DNA of 63,857 nucleotides, filler included, from Craspedostauros australis (Eukaryota): NCBI GenBank assembly GCA_030167865.1. It is 6 parts of 6 records of this genome, joined end to end, with 100 filler letters (N's around TTAATTAATTAA, not from the genome) between each part and the next. Parts side by side here need not be neighbours in the genome. Positions count along the whole stretch, not along the records: positions 57,715 to 59,965 come from JALAGF010004323.1; positions 60,066 to 63,857 come from JALAGF010004325.1; 4 more parts are not named here. One strand, 5' to 3'. Shown piece by piece: positions 57,715 to 63,857 of this stretch (position 1 is its first letter; each line of letters starts with the position of its first letter). The notes under the pieces were generated by a model. It saw only the letters and a program-made list of their open reading frames with translations, ran no database searches and was not told where the DNA came from. The position numbers and the translations under genes were made by a program.

Positions 57715-59939
57715 AGGAATCGCACAGGATCTTTCATGGAACCATCGACGCGTTGAAGAATGAGACGACTTCCGAGACAGCCACGGGCAGTTACAACTAT
57801 CACGATTTCATCACCGCTCCTGCATGGACAATGATCGATGCAAGCACATCCAATCCCGCCGCAGATGATGCCGCGATCGGTGACAAACCGCAGCAACCGG
57901 TTCCGGACGTCACCGACCGAGACCTCTACCTACCGGCGCTCGAGTTCTCACCACCACCTTTGGATGCATCCTTCATCAATTTCAACGCCATCACAACGAG
58001 CGCTCCTATTCTCGAGGCGCTATTGCAAATGAAAACGCAGACAGTCTACGGTACTTTCTTTTCGAATGCCGACGTCTTTCCGTCCAGCACCCAGCGCACC
58101 TCTGTCCGTCCATCCGAGTTGGAGTTCAACCGCGAGGCGAAATCGCATGATGAGCATGAACATGAGCATGAACACGATAGCGAACATGAGCATGAGCATG
58201 AACTTGAGCATGATGCCACGAGCAATAACGAGGACGACGTTCACAGCCACAGCCACGAAGCGGATCACCCGCATTCCGTCGTCTGGGTTCCGATCCATGA
58301 CACGCTCGAGAAGACGAATGTGGTGGGCGTCATCGGTGCTGCCATTGATTGGAACGGGGCCTTTCGAGATGTTCTGCCGGATGATGCCAAGGGCATCGTG
58401 TGTGTCATCCAGAATTCCTGCGGCGATGCTGTGACATACGAGATCGATGGCGGCAACGTCAATTATCTTGGGGAAGGTACGTGTGGGGTTGTTTATGAAT
58501 CGTCATGTGTGTGTCGAGTGACAGGGTCCTCCGCGTTATATCCTTGCCATGTTCTCACGTTCATCTTCTTTGCATTCTATAATACTCCATTTCACGTCAT
58601 GTCAACTTCATTGCAATGCCATTGATTCCATTCCACTTCGATTATGCCTGTGCAGGTGACATCCACGAGCGTAGCTTCGACGATTCGGAGGAAGTCTACG
58701 ACTTGTCCCTCGCAACGCACCCGGATTTTGAAACCACACCGGGACACTGCCGCTACTCTCTGCACATCTACCCATCCACCAAGCTGTTCAAGAATTCGGA
58801 TGAGATCATCCCGGAAATCTTCGCGGCTGTCATCGCGTGCACATTCGTCCTCGTCGCCGTCGTCTTCTTCGTTTATGATATGTTTGTGCAACGCCGCAAC
58901 GAAAAGCTCATCGCCAACGCAGCTCGTTCCAACGCAATCGTCTCGTCCTTGTTCCCAGAGAACATCCGCGATCGGTTGATCGCACTGAATGCGCAGCAGA
59001 ATGGCGATGCCAAGAAGAACGATGACGATTTGGTCGGTGGCAGTCACCTCGGCCGCCGACGTCGCTCCAACTTGAAGTCCGTCATGAATGGCAACGTCGA
59101 CAATGCATCGTCGTCGACATCGGTGCTGGGTCGCAACGACAAACCATTGGCAGATCTGTTCTTGGAGACGACCATTCTGTTTGCTGATATTGCGGGCTTC
59201 ACGGCGTGGAGTTCCGTGCGAGGTGAGTGGGATCGAGCCAAACGTCGAGTGATGTGCAGTGTGGGTGGATGGCTGGAAGGAAGGAAGGAAAGTGGGGTCT
59301 TCATGGATCAGGATCTATTTCAAACAGTGCAGTGCTGTGCCGTCAGTCTGTCAGTCTATGAAAATCCCTCGCTCATCATCATCTATTTTACGTTCCCATC
59401 CAACCATTGCAACCCAATTCGCTCCAACTACTCGGACAACATCTGCAACATGTAGAGCCGTCACAAGTGTTCACTCTGTTGGAAACCGTGTTCTCGTCCT
59501 TCGATGAACTGGCCAACGTGCGACGAGTCTTCAAGGTCGAAACTGTTGGTGACTGTTACGTCGCCGCGTCTGGCATTCCAGAGTACAGGAAGGATCATGC
59601 CATCGTGATGGTGCGATTCGCACGCGACATCCTGCAACGAATGGATTACATCACGAAGCAGCTCGAGATCACATTGGGCCCGGACACAGGGGACCTGTCG
59701 CTGCGCATCGGTATCCATTCCGGGCCGGTCACCGCCGGCGTCCTGCGTGGAGAACGTGCTCGCTTCCAGCTGTTCGGCGACACCATGAACACCGCATCCC
59801 GCATCGAACATACCGGTGCGGTTGGCCGCATCCATTTGTCATCCGAAGCTGCTGAGGTTGTGAGGACCTGCGGCAAGGGACACTGGCTGATCAAGCGTGA
59901 AGGTCTGGTGGAAGCCAAAGGAAAGGGAGAGATGCAAAC
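57715..59939 (+). CDS. Receptor-type class III adenylate/guanylate cyclase, internal fragment; exons <57715-58476, 58656-59222, 59456-59939 (both ends in gaps)
   Basis: Splicing gives YLGE^GDIHE and FADIAGFTAWSSVR^EPSQVFTLLE. Single TM (IFAAVIACTFVLVAVVFFVY), AIVSSLFP, KVETVGDCY, RIGIHSGPV, RFQLFGDTMNTASR and AKGKGEMQT. Confidence 0.93.
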
Positions 59940-59965
59940 GTGAGTTCGTTCGTTCGTTCGTTCAT

Positions 59966-60065
59966 NNNNNNNNNNNNNNNNNNNNNNNNNNNNNNNNNNN
60001 NNNNNNNNNTTAATTAATTAANNNNNNNNNNNNNNNNNNNNNNNNNNNNNNNNNNNNNNNNNNNN
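59966..60065. other. Artificial contig linker
   Basis: N44-TTAATTAATTAA-N44. Confidence 0.98.
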
Positions 60066-60209
60066 CTCTGATTTCTGTGGCGACTGCTCTCCTCGAGCAC
60101 CATATGCGCTTCGGGATGCATCACGAGCAGTACCTCGAGCCATCCACAGCATTGCGTCTGCACCGGTGCCTTCATCCGCAACGCCGCTCGAATGGAAACT
60201 CCATGCCGA

Positions 60210-61889
60210 TCATTGCACGACCGTGAATTTTCTACCTTTGCAGCCAATTTCCAGCTTGTTGTCCCTGTCGTACCGCGCATAGCAGCCGTGCACCTTCTTG
60301 CAGTACTCGACTTCAATTTTGAAATCTGTGCCCATGTCGCTGTTTTTATGCATGGCGAAGGCATATTCGACACGCGTGTCGTTGCGTTCCGTGTTGAAAT
60401 TCAGTTGCAAACCGAGGCCGCCGTAATCGTGCGATGACCTTTCTAGTCTCGTCGTGGACCAGATGATGGGCTGGTCCTTCATTACCATAAGGTGCCTGCG
60501 AGCATGACCTTGGATGATGTTATTCTTGCGGAAGTATTGGTTGGTTTCGGGTCCGTACGCTCTGTCCGTGTCGATGTAGCCAGTGGTGCTGTTGCAAACT
60601 TTCTCCATGATGCCGGTGTGATAGTAGTCCTCGTATGTTTGCACCAGGGCGTACCACAGCCCAGGTTGATCTGCCATGCATATGGTTTGATTGCATGTCG
60701 GCGAATTTCAGATTCAGAAACGGTCGGAGAAGCCAATGGTTGGAGCAATTGAGTTGTGAGAGGTTGGACAGAGCAACGCTGTAACACTCGCATATTTGAT
60801 GCAATGATTACATGCTCCATTCATGAGATGGTCTTCAAGTAACAAACAAGGAAGCCAACAAACACTGACGAAGGGCTTCCGCAAGAAATTAACAGAGTGT
60901 CATGCACGCAGACACGTACCACTGTGTTCCCAACCGTATTTGAGCACTCCGTTTCTGTGTGTCGCTGGGAAATTGCCTTTGGGACATAGACCAAGAGCGA
61001 ATTTATGCCAATTCTCCAGCAGGCTGTGACCAAACGGCGAGTTCTTGATCAAGTACGCGTAGGTGGAGAAGGTGAAGTGCCGCGGCTTGTTGTCGGTGGG
61101 CAGGAAGACGCTGGGCGTTTGGTTGTAGAGCTCGAATTCACGCAGGAAGGATTCCAAGGGCCGTGACATATCGCGAAAGACGTGATCCAGATCGCCGTAC
61201 AGGATCCAGTCGTAGTTGTGCAGCAGGGCTTGCGATTGCGGGACGCGATTCCACGCTCCAAAGTTGAGCCACGGTGCCTTCTTCTTCTGCTGCTGCGTGT
61301 AGTCGGCCGTCATGTTGAAGACGAAGTCGTATCCCCAGATGTTGGCGTAGCAGGCCTTGTTGACGACGTTGTCGAATTCCTTGAGCGTGCTGAGTTTGCC
61401 GTTTGGTTGAAGTTGCGGCACGAATGACGCCAGGAGGGCTATCCTGGGCCTTTCTTTGCTGCTACTGGCATGTGAGGGATCGGACGCCATATCGCTGTGA
61501 AGTTCAGCGGGACTTTGAGCATCATAGCCATCATGTCCCTGCTGTTCAATGACATAGACCGGCGAATCGCTGAGGCTGAGCACCTTGAGATTGGCGACGA
61601 AGCAAACGATGATGAAGACGTAGGTGAGGATCGCCTTGGCCGTCAGCTTTTCCATTCCATCATTTCTGGCACCGTCATGCCTCCCGGCTGTGATAGTTCG
61701 GCCGACTCTGGAAGTGGCATTGTGCGTACTGCTCTTCAAGTGCCTGCTTTTGTCCATTCCATTGTTCGTGCTGCTCTGGGTGTTGATGCTCATGTTGGTG
61801 TGGTTCGTGGAGTCTTCCATGCCATTGCTGTTGCCAACGCTGCGCTGCGATGCCACGGAGTGCGTGCTGCGGAGGTCTCCTTTCCTCAT
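60210..61889 (-). CDS. Type II membrane glycosyltransferase, GT34 (MNN10/GMA12)-like; exons 61889-60920 and 60670-60210 (~476 aa)
   Basis: N-terminal TM, NKACYANIWGYDF, WNRV and YDWILYGDLD (DxD). The splice restores WEHS^DQPGLW. Confidence 0.75.
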
Positions 61890-63369
61890 CTTGATATTGC
61901 TATTGCTATAGCGATTGCTGCTGCTTTTGCTGTTGCTTTTGCTATGTTCCTATTGCCCACTGTGATGTTGATCCTGTTGTGCTTCCCTTTACACTTCCCA
62001 TGGAATGAAAAAGAGAATGAAATGAAATGAACTGGTCTGGATGCATGTTTGTTCAATTCTTGAGACAGAGATGATCCCTACGACCTCCTCCAGAGGTACT
62101 CTCTCGTGACCACAAGCCACCACCAACACGGAGGGAAAGATCTGGAAGTGCCCAGAAACAACTGAGAATCACACAAGGCACTCGTGCTGGGAAACGATGA
62201 TGACCAATGGGGGGTTCGAGTGGCTGTTTTTTGGGATGGCTGGCGACCCCAACCAATCAAACGTCTTAAAATGCATCATTGCCCCGAGCTCGCCATCCTA
62301 TTGGGGGCAAATTGAGGGGAGCGTGGGCGAGTTATCCCTAGCCTTGTTGCCGTTGGGTTCTCATCTGGAACTGCGCAACGCAGATGATCTGCCTCTCCTG
62401 AACGGTCATTGTTGGGGAAGATTCACGAACCAAGCTTTTGAAGCGCCCATGTCCACCAACCAGCCGGTTTTCACAATACTTAGTGGCACAACAAGTTTGC
62501 ATGTCTATGCGACATCTCACGGACACAGTTCAGAAATCGTGGATTCAATTTTATGAAAACTACTTGCGGTTGCCACAACCCCCAAAGGTATCATTCAGAC
62601 TAATCCGAATCAATGTTTGTTGATCGCACTCGGACCACCTTATGGCCTGTCCTGTCCCGTATCACATCCAATCATGTTCTGCAATGTGGTCTGTCCTGTC
62701 CCTACCCAACCATGGGTGTGAATGAGGGATCCGTGCATGACCAAAGACTATGGACTTTAGACTAAGTATATATGGAAGATGGCAACGTGCCCTGAATGCC
62801 AAGGACACTTCGGAGTCACCTGAAAGGGAGAAACACTCAGAAAGAGAAATGAGATACAGCCCGCTTGTCACCCAAGAACAAGAATGACGACGCGCCAAGT
62901 GATGAAAGGTGATCACAGGCAACATGGAGATCGTGTGTATGATAATCGCTGAGGAATCAACGAAGATGTGGGAATAGTCGATACAACACCGATGACAAGG
63001 TACGTGCGAGATGACAAGATGCACTACATGAATGTAGAATGAAGCATAGCTACTGAACTGCACAATGAAGTTCTATGAGAGAGCAAGATGGAGAGTGTAA
63101 GATGCAAGCAACGATGAAGTAAGAAAAAGCAGCCATGGATGCAATGAAGATCATGGGGTGCTACTACAGAATGTGCTTGCTATCGAAATGGAGTTGAGAA
63201 GAGACAATGAGATTGATCTTACAGTATTGAAACAGTCAAATCGAGAAACAGATTAGATTACTAGTATAACCCCGGATTTCCACCACATTTCGAATTGTTA
63301 CGATTGAATTCCTATGTTTCCATCACCACCAACACATCAACAAACACCACTCTCACCATCACAACCACC

Positions 63370-63530
63370 ATGAGCTCCTTCTTGGGCAAGTCCGATCGCT
63401 GCATGATCATGTTCAACAGTAAGCATTTGAGCTGGAAGGCTTGGAGTGCGAAGTTCCTCGCCCGCACCAATCGCAAGGGCTATGGAGACTTGTATCTCAA
63501 GGACATGGAGGAGGTGAAGGTGAAGTCTGA
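63370..63530 (+). mobile_element. Probable degenerate Ty1/copia gag N-terminal remnant
   Basis: MIMFNSKHLSWKAWSAKFLARTNRKGYGDLYL resembles the copia gag 'FxGxxxxWxxWxxKFxAxxxxKG' start. The frame decays soon after and the flanks are gene-poor. Confidence 0.5.
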
Positions 63531-63857
63531 GCCATTCAGTCCCTCTGTGTCGAGATGTACATGTGAGTATATGTCAAGATGTACGTGTATATGTGCATCG
63601 TTCACCCGCTATTCTCTCATACGCACCTGGACGGTATAACTATACTCGTGTCGATAGTATGCTGTGATTCGTCAGAATTACAGGGGAAATGGAACACACN
63701 AAAAGGGGCAAGATNTCTGGAGGAAATTTGCAAATAACGATTTCTGAGAGAATCAGAAGATCGTCCGTCCATGCATCAATGGTACCAAGAGAATCTCGAG
63801 GTACCTCCCAACTAAACCTCAGATGACGATATCATCTGACAGACTACTGCATCACCA

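Noticed and set aside
52300..61889. Functional clustering of NRT2, GRDP-WWE, cyclase and glycosyltransferase
   Set aside because: Each lies on a different contig separated by artificial linkers, so order and adjacency are unverified.
1..63857. rRNA, tRNA, CRISPR arrays, prokaryotic operons
   Set aside because: None recognised; the sequence is eukaryotic with spliceosomal introns. A covariance-model search would be needed to exclude small ncRNAs.

Overview
Eukaryotic, intron-containing DNA, most likely a pennate diatom. This is inferred from bipartite 'A/S-A-F' plastid-targeting presequences, a diatom-style receptor nucleotide cyclase, NRT2 and GT-AG introns of ~190-500 bp. The window is six contigs joined by five artificial 100-bp linkers (N44-TTAATTAATTAA-N44), so adjacency across linkers is not evidence of true linkage. 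Contig 1 (1-17002) is a tandem, same-strand array of four large STAND-like P-loop ATPase + helical (TPR-like) genes of the bacterial COG3899/AAA_16 type, stripped of their usual kinase/GAF/HisKA modules, plus a pseudogenised fifth fragment. This is a candidate NLR-like receptor cluster. The rest carries DUF1997 (twice, an inverted-overlap assembly artefact), a chalcone-isomerase-like protein, TAM41, two plastid EamA/DMT transporters, a ~2540-aa MICAL-like flavoprotein with a multi-pass membrane C-terminus, purU, yjbQ, PRP19 and a PH/Zn-finger PI4-kinase. It also has the 5' end of NRT2, a GRDP(DUF1399)-tandem-WWE-TM protein whose Gly/Cys tail is built from symmetric micro-exons, a class III cyclase with a His/Glu-rich insert, a GT34-like glycosyltransferase and a probable copia gag remnant. 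All family calls come from motif recognition by eye; no database searches were run.
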